From assembly GCA_049510745.1 (NCBI GenBank), contig JBEKYR010000032.1, positions 1 to 57,644 of the forward strand: a stretch of DNA of 57,644 nucleotides, written 5' to 3'. Source of the stretch: Verrucomicrobiota bacterium (GTDB lineage: Bacteria > Verrucomicrobiota > Verrucomicrobiia > Limisphaerales > Palsa-1400). The notes under the pieces are model-generated. The model searched no databases. It was not told the origin of the DNA and saw only the letters and a list, made by a program, of their open reading frames with translations. The translations under genes were made by a program, and so were the position numbers. This document shows positions 1 through 8,386 of this stretch, one piece after another. Numbering within the stretch: the stretch's first letter is position 1; the number at the start of each line of letters is the position of its first letter.

Positions 1-44
1 TCCCTACCACCCGAAATCTGGTAGGGACGCGCTGCCGCGCGTCC
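1..44. repeat. GTAG-type REP-like palindromic repeat(s)
   Basis: TCCCTACCA (1-9) is inverted to TGGTAGGGA (19-27); GTAG is followed by the stem GGACGCGC-tgcc-GCGCGTCC (25-44). Confidence 0.55.
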
Positions 45-374
45 GGGGGTTCCCTAAAAGGTTTCATGAGCCAGCCGCGCGCGGGACGCCCTCTTTCCCG
101 AAGGGTGTTGACAGCGTCGGACATTCGTGATTCTGAATTGATACTGGATGACGCGGAAAGAAATCAAAAAACAGGCGGCGCGATATGCGAAGTTTGTGGA
201 GTGGAGCGATGAAGACCGGTGCTTCATTGGCCGCTGCCCGGAACTTATGGCCGGCGGCGTGCATGGCGCGGACGAGGCCGGGGTGTACGCCGAACTGTGC
301 CAGGCGGTCGAGGAAATGGTCGAATTGATCCACGCCGATGGCGATGAATGGCCGGAACCGTCAGGCAAGGAATT

Positions 375-544
375 TAGAGCAATTTCATGAAAACTGTAGC
401 CGCTGAGGCGTAGGGGTTTTGGGGAGCGCGGGCGCCCTCGCCCGCCGTGTTCGGCGCCTCGCCGAACACATTCTCCGTCGAACACCGGCTACACTAACAC
501 ATTCTCCGTCGAACACCGGCTACACTATTTCTTAAACCGCTCTA
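375..544. mobile_element. MITE-like element with TA duplication and ~28-bp imperfect terminal inverted repeats
   Basis: Left end TAGAGCAATTTCATGAAAACTGTAGCCG vs reverse complement of right end TAGAGCGGTTTAAGAAATAGTGTAGCCG (21/28 identical). TA at 375-376 and 543-544. Internal GC-rich palindrome and a 31-bp tandem duplication. Confidence 0.8.
465..526 (+). repeat. Exact 31-bp tandem duplication inside the MITE
   Basis: AACACATTCTCCGTCGAACACCGGCTACACT at 465-495 and 496-526. Confidence 0.95.
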
Positions 545-669
545 GCGGGAAATTTGTCCTGCGGCTTGAACCGGCGTTGCATCGCCGTCTGGCGGTCAAA
601 GCGCTGGCGGCGGGCGAAAGCCTCAACAACTTCTGCGCCAAGAAACTCGCCAAAGCGTGACGGCCTGGT

Positions 670-1641
670 TTACTGCGTTTCGCCGCGGGTGACGCGCAGG
701 AAGACTTCTTCCAACCCCAGTTCATCCTCCCACAAGCCGGTGAATTTGATGCCGCCGCGCACCAGCGCCTCCGGCAAAAAGGACGGATCGACGTCGGGAT
801 GGGCGAAGGTCACCCTGATCTGGCCATCGACGGCCACGGCTTGGGAGACTTCGGGGCGGGCCTTGAGCAGATCGAGGGCGGGGGCGGAGTCGCCGGAAAT
901 GACGATCCAATAAATCAATCCGGCGGACATTTGGTCGCGCACGCCCTGCACGGCGCCGCTGTAAATCAATTTTCCCTTTTCGATGATGGCGACGCGGTTG
1001 CACAGGGTCTGCAATTCACTCAGGATGTGCGAGGAAATGATGATCGTTTTGCCCAGGCGCTGTAGTTCCTGCAAAATGGCCATCATCTCGATGCGCGCCC
1101 GCGGGTCCAGGCCGCTGGCCGGCTCGTCCAGGAGCAGCACCTTGGGATCGTGAATCAACACGCGCGCCAGTCCGAGCCGCTGCTGCATGCCGCGGCTGAG
1201 CGCGCCGATGATCGCGCCGCGTTTCTCCGTCAGGCCCACCAGCTCCAAAACATCGTTGACAGTCTTTTCACGCTGCCCGGACGGGATTTTATAGCAGGCC
1301 CCGAAGAAATCCAGGTATTCGGTCACCTCCATGTCCTTATAGACGCCGAAAAAGTCCGGCATGTAACCGATGACGTGCCGCACGGCGTCGGCCTCGCGGA
1401 CAATATCGTGGCCGAGGATTCTGGCGGAGCCGGCGGAGGGGGCCAGGAAGGTGGCCAGGATGCGGAGGGTGGTGGTCTTGCCGGCGCCGTTGGAGCCGAT
1501 GAAGCCGAACAGATCGCCGGGCTGGATCGACAGGGTCAACGAGTTGAGCGCGGTGATCGGGCCGAACACGCGGGTCAAGTTGATCGTTTCAACCGCCGGA
1601 ATGGGGGGTGCGTCCATAAGTGGAGGGGTGCGTTGTGTCAA
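670..1641 (-). CDS. ABC transporter ATP-binding protein (ABC-2/DRI type)
   Basis: Walker A GSNGAGKTT, signature LSRGM, Walker B LLLDEP, H-loop SSH. Start could alternatively be 1617. Confidence 0.93.
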   Translation of the reverse strand: MTQRTPPLMDAPPIPAVETINLTRVFGPITALNSLTLSIQPGDLFGFIGSNGAGKTTTLRILATFLAPSAGSARILGHDIVREADAVRHVIGYMPDFFGVYKDMEVTEYLDFFGACYKIPSGQREKTVNDVLELVGLTEKRGAIIGALSRGMQQRLGLARVLIHDPKVLLLDEPASGLDPRARIEMMAILQELQRLGKTIIISSHILSELQTLCNRVAIIEKGKLIYSGAVQGVRDQMSAGLIYWIVISGDSAPALDLLKARPEVSQAVAVDGQIRVTFAHPDVDPSFLPEALVRGGIKFTGLWEDELGLEEVFLRVTRGETQ

Positions 1642-3804
1642 TCATAGTTCAAGCGGGATGACCAGGCGCAGCAGCGTGTCGCGATGGTAGCGCCTGGGCT
1701 GGAAACGGTTCAGCCCCCCGGTCAGCGAGTGGTCCGCGTCCCACGCCAGCAGGATGCCGTAGGCGTCGCCGGCAAAGCGGCTCAGGTCCAGGCTGGACGG
1801 GGCGGTGAAATTGTTCCAGCCGGACGGTCCGGTAGTATTGTTGACGTTGACGCTGGAGATGAACGACGCGGCCACGGAGCCGGCGGCCAGGTCCGGGAGC
1901 CGGTTGACGTTTTCGCCGAAGCTGCTGTGGCGGGCCTCGACCGCGCGGCGAAAGGTTTCTCCGTACTGCCGGGCCAGGTCGCCCACGGCGGTCCCCTGGC
2001 CGGCTTCCAGCGAGAAGGATTTGGTTTGGTCGGCCCCCAGCAAGCCCAGATTGAAAATCCGCCCGCCCAGCACGGCGTGAACCTGGGGCAGGGCGCGGTC
2101 CAGGTGGTTCTGGACCGTCACCCGCCAGGCGGTTCCCTGGCGGCTGGCGGTCATTGTCAGCGGCAACGCGGCGGGCTGGACCCAGTCGCTGACAAAGAGC
2201 TGGCTGGTCCAAACCGGCACAAAAGCGTCCGCCTCGAAAGTATCGCCCGTTTGCACCACGACCGCGCGGCTGGTTTCCTGGTTGCCGCCGAAATTGCCCA
2301 GGTACTCCCCGCGCAAGGAGGCGAATCTCTGGCTGCCCGCCAGTTCGTAATGCGAATTGTTGGGCGAATAAATGGACACGTAGGTCTGGCCGCGCAGCAC
2401 GGCGCGGTCGGCGTCCGGCAGAATATCGACCAGGCTCAACTCGTTCCATTCCAGTTCGCCCGCGCGCAAATGGAACCCGATGAGATAGATCAAGCCGGAA
2501 AAAATGAGCACGTAGCAGGGGAACGTCACCCAGGTAAGCATCTGCCGGTTGATTTTCTTGAGCCAGTACTGGTCCAGCGGCCCGATGACGGCCAGATAGG
2601 CCAGCAAGAGCGCCAGGAGCCAGCCCAGGGGCAGCTTGCGCACCTGTTTGCTGTCAATCATCGCGCCAAAAATCCCGTCGCTGCTCAAGCGGGCGGGCGC
2701 CGTGAAGGTCCCCCTCTGTAGGAAGGCCTCGGCGGGGATGCCGGCCAGCCTGGCCCAAAACCCGCCCCGGTTTCTCCAGGAGAGAAACGGCTCGCGTTCG
2801 GGGCTGAAGGTCAGGACGGTGATTTGTCCCCGGCCCCGGCTGGCCTCGATGGCCAGCGGCGCCGCCGCGGTTCCAATCAGGACTGTCCCGTCGCGCAAGG
2901 CGCCGGCGGCGACCTGCAACGGCGCGGCGGCAAATTGAGCATCGTCGCGCGGGTCCGATCCGGGAACGATGGCGGGCGCGGTGGCGGCCGCGGCGGCATT
3001 GCGGCGCGGACCCTTGGGGGATTCGGCGCTGTGCGCGCTCCATTCTTGCAGGGCGTCGTGGTCGCTCAACGAAGTCGTGGTGGTCAATTGGCAAGGCAGC
3101 AACTCCCGCAGCCACGGAGTGGCGTTGACGTCCGTCAACTGTTCGACTCCCAGCACCAAGTGTCCCCCGCGTTGCAGCCAGGCCATGAGGGCGTTGACCT
3201 GGCCCAAACTCAAATTCGCCGCCCTTTCCGAGCTGAGGTAAAGCAAATCGATCCCGTCCAGCGCCAGGGGATTATCGGGGAAAAGGGCGGGCTGCAGGCG
3301 CGCGGCGGTGTACTTTGCTTCGTTCCCCAGCAGGGGGGATGAGTCGGGAAACACCGGCGTGCCCGCCACCGTGCGGGCCAGGCTGGCCGTCAGCGGCAGG
3401 CCGCTTCTCATCACCTTGGCCGTGCGCAGGGTCTGCTCGGCGCGGACTTTTCCGCGCTCATCCAGCAAGCGGACACTCCAGTCGCGGGCGGTGGCATAGA
3501 CCGGGATGAAGAGGCGTTTGCGGGTGTTGGCCGGCAGGTCCAGCGCGACCCGGCGCGTCTGGCCGCGCCCAAAATCCTCGGCCGTGATTTCGATGACGGC
3601 GTTAAAGGACGGGCCGTCGTTGTGCAACTCGCAAGTGATGGGAAACCAGCTTCGTTCGGGCAAAATATCGTCGTAACCCAAAAAAACGTCGAACTGCAGC
3701 GCCGCGCGCGCCGTCCCGGCGGCGGAGAAGATCGCCAGCCCCAGAGACAAAACGCAGGGCCAAGAAGAAAGAGCAGCCTGGCGCATGACCTTCTTTGGCG
3801 GCAT
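1642..3804 (-). CDS. Large exported/membrane protein of unknown function (signal peptide, GATase-like middle region, two TM helices)
   Basis: 720-aa ORF with a signal peptide ending ARA, an LMAWLQRGGHLVL motif typical of class I GATase-like folds, and hydrophobic LAYLAVIGPLDQYWL / WVTFPCYVLIFSG helices. It abuts the ABC ATPase. Confidence 0.7.
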   Translation of the reverse strand: MPPKKVMRQAALSSWPCVLSLGLAIFSAAGTARAALQFDVFLGYDDILPERSWFPITCELHNDGPSFNAVIEITAEDFGRGQTRRVALDLPANTRKRLFIPVYATARDWSVRLLDERGKVRAEQTLRTAKVMRSGLPLTASLARTVAGTPVFPDSSPLLGNEAKYTAARLQPALFPDNPLALDGIDLLYLSSERAANLSLGQVNALMAWLQRGGHLVLGVEQLTDVNATPWLRELLPCQLTTTTSLSDHDALQEWSAHSAESPKGPRRNAAAAATAPAIVPGSDPRDDAQFAAAPLQVAAGALRDGTVLIGTAAAPLAIEASRGRGQITVLTFSPEREPFLSWRNRGGFWARLAGIPAEAFLQRGTFTAPARLSSDGIFGAMIDSKQVRKLPLGWLLALLLAYLAVIGPLDQYWLKKINRQMLTWVTFPCYVLIFSGLIYLIGFHLRAGELEWNELSLVDILPDADRAVLRGQTYVSIYSPNNSHYELAGSQRFASLRGEYLGNFGGNQETSRAVVVQTGDTFEADAFVPVWTSQLFVSDWVQPAALPLTMTASRQGTAWRVTVQNHLDRALPQVHAVLGGRIFNLGLLGADQTKSFSLEAGQGTAVGDLARQYGETFRRAVEARHSSFGENVNRLPDLAAGSVAASFISSVNVNNTTGPSGWNNFTAPSSLDLSRFAGDAYGILLAWDADHSLTGGLNRFQPRRYHRDTLLRLVIPLEL

Positions 3805-3871
3805 AGATTGCTAAACAACGGCAGTTATAGCCCAACCGCCGCGGAAGCAAAGGCAAATCCTCGGCCGCAAA

Positions 3872-5440
3872 TCACGGCTGTCCATCCGGCGATCCCTTGC
3901 CGGCCGTCTCGCCCAGGAAACGGTTGACGGCGTTCAAATAGGCCCGCGCGCTCGCTTCGATCACGTCGGTGCTCGCCCCTTTGCCAGTGACCACCTTGCC
4001 GCCGCCGAAATCCACCTTCACCGTCACCTCGCCCAGGGCGTCCTTGCCTTGCGAGACGGCGCGCAAGGAATAATCCAGCAACCGTCCATGCGTGTGGGTC
4101 AGCCGGTCGATTGCCTTCAAGGCCGCGTCCACCGGGCCGTCGCCGATGCCGGCGTCCTGCACGCAGGCGGCTTTCTTGCCCGTGAGCTTTTGCAGGCGGA
4201 CGGTGGCCGTCGGCACGGTGCGGTTGCCGCTGGTGACGTGCAGGTAATCCAGCGACCAGGTTTCGGGCACCTCGGTGATCTGGCCCTCGACCAGGGCGGC
4301 GAGATCGTCGTCATAGACAAATTTCTTCTTGTCGCCAATTTCCTTGAACCGGGCGAAGATCGCCGCCACGTCGGCCTCTCTCATTTTGAAGCCGAGATGT
4401 TTCAGGCGCACCGCCACGGCCGCGCGCCCGCTGTGCTTGGTCAGCGGCAATTCCGTCCGCCCCCAGCCGACGAGTTGCGGGTCCATGATTTCGTAGGTTT
4501 CGCGCTTTTTCAAAATGCCGTCCTGGTGGATGCCGCTGGAGTGGGCGAAGGCGTTTTCCCCGACGATCGCCTTGCTCCGCTGCACCACCAGCCCGCTCAT
4601 GCGCGAGACCAGCCGCGAGCTTTTGACGATTTCGCGCGTGTTCACTCCGCACTCGAACCCGCCAAAGAAATCCTGGCGCGTGCGCAATGCCATGACGATT
4701 TCCTCCAGGGCCGCGTTGCCCGCCCGCTCGCCGATGCCGTTGACGGTGCATTCCACCTGGCGGGCGCCGCCGCGGATGGCGGCCAGGGAATTGGCCACCG
4801 CCAAACCGAGGTCGTTGTGGCAATGGACGCTCAGGACCGCGCGGCCCGATTGGAATTCCGGCACCGAATCATAAAGATGCCCGATCAACGCGCTGTATTG
4901 GTCGGGCACCGCCCAGCCGACTGTGTCCGGGACGTTGACGGTCGTCGCCCCCGCCGCCACCACCGCGCGGCAGACCTGGAGCAAAAAGTCCGGCTCGGTG
5001 CGGGAGCCGTCCTCCGGCGAAAACTCGACGTTGTCCACAAACGTCTTGGCGCGCTTGACCCCCTCCACCGCCAGCCGGAGAATTTCGTCCCGCGCCTTGT
5101 TCAACTTGAACTCGCGGTGAATCTTGGACGTGGCCAAAAAGACATGGATGCGCCCGCGCCTGCCGGCCGGCTTGATCGCCTGCCCGGCGGCGTCGATGTC
5201 GCGCGGCACACAGCGGGCCAGGCCGCAGATGACCGGGCCTTTGATCTCGCGGGCGATGGCCTGGACGGCGGCGAAATCCCCGTCGCTGATGACGGGGAAG
5301 CCGGCCTCGATGACATCGACTTGCAGGCGGGCCAACTGGCGGGCGACCTCCAGTTTTTCGCGCAAGTTCATGGAAGCGCCGGGGCATTGCTCGCCGTCGC
5401 GAAGCGTGGTGTCGAAGATAAGGATGCGATTGTTTTTCAT
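3872..5440 (-). CDS. leuA: 2-isopropylmalate synthase
   Basis: IFDTTLRDGEQ, HCHNDLG, GIGERAGNA, HQDG motifs and a C-terminal regulatory domain (GDGPVDA). Start placed at MKNNRILIFD, downstream of the attenuator terminator. Confidence 0.96.
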   Translation of the reverse strand: MKNNRILIFDTTLRDGEQCPGASMNLREKLEVARQLARLQVDVIEAGFPVISDGDFAAVQAIAREIKGPVICGLARCVPRDIDAAGQAIKPAGRRGRIHVFLATSKIHREFKLNKARDEILRLAVEGVKRAKTFVDNVEFSPEDGSRTEPDFLLQVCRAVVAAGATTVNVPDTVGWAVPDQYSALIGHLYDSVPEFQSGRAVLSVHCHNDLGLAVANSLAAIRGGARQVECTVNGIGERAGNAALEEIVMALRTRQDFFGGFECGVNTREIVKSSRLVSRMSGLVVQRSKAIVGENAFAHSSGIHQDGILKKRETYEIMDPQLVGWGRTELPLTKHSGRAAVAVRLKHLGFKMREADVAAIFARFKEIGDKKKFVYDDDLAALVEGQITEVPETWSLDYLHVTSGNRTVPTATVRLQKLTGKKAACVQDAGIGDGPVDAALKAIDRLTHTHGRLLDYSLRAVSQGKDALGEVTVKVDFGGGKVVTGKGASTDVIEASARAYLNAVNRFLGETAGKGSPDGQP

Positions 5441-5461
5441 AAAATATGGCGGGGTCATGGC

Positions 5462-5496
5462 AAAAAACCCCACCGCCGGGTCGGGCGATGGGGTTT
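5462..5496 (-). terminator. Intrinsic terminator of the leuA attenuator
   Basis: Minus strand AAACCCCATCGCC-cgaccc-GGCGGTGGGGTTT-TTT: 13-bp stem with one G-U pair, ending in a U6 tract about 20 nt before the leuA start. Confidence 0.8.
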
Positions 5497-5517
5497 GAAA
5501 CTTCCTGTCAACTGAAA

Positions 5518-5589
5518 TTAAACCTCGACCGCCGCGCGGCAGGCCAGCAGCGCGTTGAGCATAAGTCGCAGGTTCAAATTATCATTCAC
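5518..5589 (-). CDS. Leu-rich leader peptide (GTG start; MNDNLNLRLMLNALLACRAAVEV)
   Basis: 23-codon ORF with 6 Leu codons between a sigma70-like promoter and the terminator upstream of leuA. Confidence 0.7.
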   Translation of the reverse strand: MNDNLNLRLMLNALLACRAAVEV

Positions 5590-5596
5590 GTTAAAA

Positions 5597-5625
5597 CCTA
5601 TACTCCGGAACGCCCGGTGCGTCAA
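5597..5625 (-). promoter_or_regulatory. sigma70-type promoter of the leu leader
   Basis: TTGACG-17 nt-TATAGG, 7 nt upstream of the GTG. Confidence 0.6.
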
Positions 5626-5710
5626 CCCCTTTTTTCGCAGCCGGCACGAAGTGGCTTTTGGCCTGAAAATTGGAATTGAATTGCGGGGTTGTTTGAGGCA
5701 AGTTACGCGC

Positions 5711-5890
5711 GTGAAAGCGACAATCAAACGCCGGGGAAAATCCGAGGCCGAATTGCTGGACCATGCCACGAACAATCTGTTGCGGGCGCTCAAGCAGGAC
5801 ATGCTGAAGAAGGACGGACGCGTTGACCGCGAAAAGCTGCGCAAGGAGGGTTACAGCGATCGTTTGCTCGCCAGGTTGGAACAAGCCTGA
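5711..5890 (+). CDS. Small basic hypothetical protein
   Basis: GTG-start 59-aa ORF (KATIKRRGKSEAELLDHATNNLLRALKQDML...) with coding-like composition. Confidence 0.55.
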   Translation: MKATIKRRGKSEAELLDHATNNLLRALKQDMLKKDGRVDREKLRKEGYSDRLLARLEQA

Positions 5891-5893
5891 CCT

Positions 5894-6097
5894 TCACTCA
5901 TTCTTCCGCAGCCGCATGAACTCCGAAACGGGGATGTCGAGCAAGGGGGCGGCTTTGCGCGCCAGCTTGATGGCCTCGAGGTAGGGCAGGCCGGAGGACA
6001 TCTCACGCACAATCCGCGCTGTGGGCCAGCCGCGGGCCTTTGCCATTTGAATGACCGCAGCCAGGTCCGTGTATCGCAAGATGTTCTCGTCGCTCAT
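5894..6097 (-). CDS. Small hypothetical protein
   Basis: 67-aa ORF MSDENILRYTDLAAVIQMAKARGW..., convergent with the previous gene. Confidence 0.6.
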   Translation of the reverse strand: MSDENILRYTDLAAVIQMAKARGWPTARIVREMSSGLPYLEAIKLARKAAPLLDIPVSEFMRLRKNE

Positions 6098-6196
6098 CGC
6101 CAAAGAGTTGTGGCAGGCTAACAGCCTGTCGGCTCTGGCTCAACGAGTTTCCCTCCCCCTTTTTTCGCGGCATCACTGTTAAAAAACCCCGGCCTT

Positions 6197-7618
6197 TCAC
6201 TGGCTGGACGAGGGGACCGGGTCCGTATTGTTCCGCTCCCAGGAATCGAAATTTCCGTCCGGTGCATTCGCCAATTGAACGCTGCCGTCGTACAAGAGGT
6301 ACGCCCGCTCCCAGCCTCCATGCGGCGAGGGGCGGGGAGTCTGTTCGCGGGCCACGATGGCCCGCGGCGATCGGGCGCTGACGGCCCCCGCGTTGACCAT
6401 TTCAAAACGGTCCAGCGAAATATCCCCCGGAAAGTTGGTCACGCCCCCAAGCTCGTTCCCGATTTGGCCAAGATTGGTCGGGTACTGATCGTTGTTGTGA
6501 TTGGCGTAAATCCGAAACGCCAGCCCAATCTGTTTGGAGGCGGCAACAATGTTGTTTTGCTGCTGGTCAAACTTGGCTTCTTCAGCCGACTGATCCTTCG
6601 CCGTTTCCACACCCGGCTGAGGACGGCGGCTTTCCTCCCGCGCCTTGCCGGGAAGGTTTGTCTGCTGTCGCAGCCGCCCCACTTCGCCGCGCAGCCGCAT
6701 CAGCTCCCGGAATTGATCGTCGGCCAGCCGCGGGGCCGCGCTGATTTGCCCGAGCCGGTTGGAGAGGCTCTCGTTGTCGGCCGCCAGGCTGGCGGCTTGC
6801 TGGCGCACGGCCTGGATTTCCGCGCTCAGCCGGCGCGCGGTTTGATGTTGAATGGCCACGGTGGCGGTCAGGCCCCCGATCACGATGGCCCCAAGGCCAA
6901 GTTGCAGTTTTGTCATGCTCATAAGTTTTAATAGGGTCAACGTCGCGCCGCCTTTTGCCGTCGCGCCCACCAGCGAGGCGCTGATCAACGCCGCCGCCAA
7001 ACCCGGCGGCGCCGCTTGCACCGCATGGAACGAAAGGGCGGCGGACAGCGCCACGGTGGTGGTTGTGACGCCGCGCCGCGCCAGCGCGCCGCGCAGCTTT
7101 TCGAGGCTGCGCGAGACGCGTTTTTGCGCCGTATCATCGCTCACCCCGAGGGCGGCGCCGACGGCGCGGAAATCCTGGTTCTTGAAAAAGCGCAACAGCA
7201 GCGCGTCCCGCTCCGGCTCGTCGAGCGTGGAGAGGGCTTCGTCCAGGAGGGGAGACACTCTGTTCCAATCGGGCGAAGTTTCGGAGGTGGAATCGAGTTC
7301 TTGCATAACCTGTCTTTCACGGGCATGGCGGCGGCGTTCCTGGCGCAACAAGTTAAGCGCCGCGTAGCGTGTGGCGCGATAAAGCCAGCCGGCCAGCGAC
7401 GCATTCTCCCGCATCCTGCCAGCCAGCGAGCCGGCTTTGCGGGCAAGATCGATGAAAACGCTCTGGGCGATTTCCGCCGCCAGGTCCGGCGATCCGGCTT
7501 GGCGCAAGGCAGCCGAATAGACCAAGTCGGCGTGGCGGTGGACGACGTCTCCAAAGGCGGGTTCGGAATTCTCCACGGCGTATTCCCGCAGCAGTTGAGC
7601 ATCGGACTTCGCTTGCAT
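6197..7618 (-). CDS. ECF sigma-70 factor with TM helix and extracytoplasmic C-terminal extension
   Basis: sigma2 (FGDVVHRHADLVY..LAGWLYRATRYAALN), sigma4 (LDEALSTLDEPERDALLLRFF..AQKRVSRSLEKLR), Ala-rich linker, TM helix, coiled coil, then KQIGLAFRIYA and HGGWERAYLLYDGSV. Confidence 0.9.
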   Translation of the reverse strand: MQAKSDAQLLREYAVENSEPAFGDVVHRHADLVYSAALRQAGSPDLAAEIAQSVFIDLARKAGSLAGRMRENASLAGWLYRATRYAALNLLRQERRRHARERQVMQELDSTSETSPDWNRVSPLLDEALSTLDEPERDALLLRFFKNQDFRAVGAALGVSDDTAQKRVSRSLEKLRGALARRGVTTTTVALSAALSFHAVQAAPPGLAAALISASLVGATAKGGATLTLLKLMSMTKLQLGLGAIVIGGLTATVAIQHQTARRLSAEIQAVRQQAASLAADNESLSNRLGQISAAPRLADDQFRELMRLRGEVGRLRQQTNLPGKAREESRRPQPGVETAKDQSAEEAKFDQQQNNIVAASKQIGLAFRIYANHNNDQYPTNLGQIGNELGGVTNFPGDISLDRFEMVNAGAVSARSPRAIVAREQTPRPSPHGGWERAYLLYDGSVQLANAPDGNFDSWERNNTDPVPSSSQ

Positions 7619-7755
7619 TCACCCAATATACAACCGCCCACCGCGAAATCCGACACGGAATCTTCCGTTTAACGCGCCGCCTACCCTCCATTCGTCGAAA
7701 GGCAGGGGGTTTGTCCAAAGATGGACAGCGGGCCGTCAGTGCGAAGCGCGTGAGA

Positions 7756-8133
7756 TTAATCGCGTGTTTTTCCCGCCAATTCAAATTCCACGGGAACACC
7801 GAATCGCAATCCGCTCAATTGGGAAGGCTTCTGTTGCTGCTTTTCAATCGCTTCAAGAACAAGGTCTTGAACTGCCGTTTGAATGAATCGTTGAATCTCC
7901 TCGTTGGTTCTCAGTGATTCCATACGAAGCTTCTCCACTGTGAGCGGCGCGGGAATATCGCGCCCCTCCTCGTTTGCAACCTCAATCCATTCCTGTGCGA
8001 TCACGAATAAATTATGAACGGCTTCTTCAGCGGTTTGGCCGTCAGCGAGGCAGCCTGGTAATTCCGCGATTTTGGCGAGATATGAATTATCTTGCTCGCT
8101 CCAAATAACCTGTGCTGAGTATTGCAATTTCAT
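7756..8133 (-). CDS. hicB: HicB-family antitoxin (orphan)
   Basis: MKLQYSAQVIWSEQDNSYLAKIAELPGCLADGQTAEEAV..EWIEVANEEGRDIPAP is a typical HicB N-domain. It lies in an AT-richer patch with no hicA recognised next to it. Confidence 0.8.
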   Translation of the reverse strand: MKLQYSAQVIWSEQDNSYLAKIAELPGCLADGQTAEEAVHNLFVIAQEWIEVANEEGRDIPAPLTVEKLRMESLRTNEEIQRFIQTAVQDLVLEAIEKQQQKPSQLSGLRFGVPVEFELAGKTRD

Positions 8134-8358
8134 ATTAAAGTGAGTGCGTTTGTATTTCAGTTTAATCCACGATTCCCCGGCCTGCAACTCGGTGAACAAC
8201 CGTCGGGAATCTTTACAGTGTTTCAGCAAAAATCTGACGACCCACTGCCCAAAGATGGGACACTGTATTCTGGACACTGTCCGTTCGTCCGACCTCATTT
8301 AGGGCAAAACCCACTATGCACACCCCCTTTTCGTGGGATATAGCGTGGCGGAACCCTA

Positions 8359-8374
8359 TGGCATGGTGATTGCT
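8359..8374 (+). promoter_or_regulatory. sigma54 (-24/-12) promoter
   Basis: TGGCATGGTGATTGCT matches TGGCAC-N5-TTGCW with GG-N10-GC spacing, about 13 nt upstream of the ATG at 8387. Confidence 0.6.
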
Positions 8375-8386
8375 GTCAAATCTGCC

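Larger units (their letters stand above)
148..660 (+). pseudogene. hicB: HicB-family antitoxin interrupted by a MITE-like insertion
   Basis: N-part 148-375 (YAKFVEWSDEDRCFIGRCPEL..HGADEAGVYAELC..EWPEPSGKEF) and C-part 544-660 (SGKFVLRLEPALHRRLAVKALAAGESLNNFC, RHH-like) rejoin in frame when 377-544 is removed. The insert introduces TGA at 388-390. Confidence 0.85.

Noticed and set aside
465..526. 31-bp repeat as a CRISPR array
   Set aside because: Only two adjacent copies with no spacer and no cas genes; it lies inside a MITE.
8134..8298. hicA toxin or N-terminal extension of hicB
   Set aside because: No HicA GSH-type motif recognised; the region looks regulatory.
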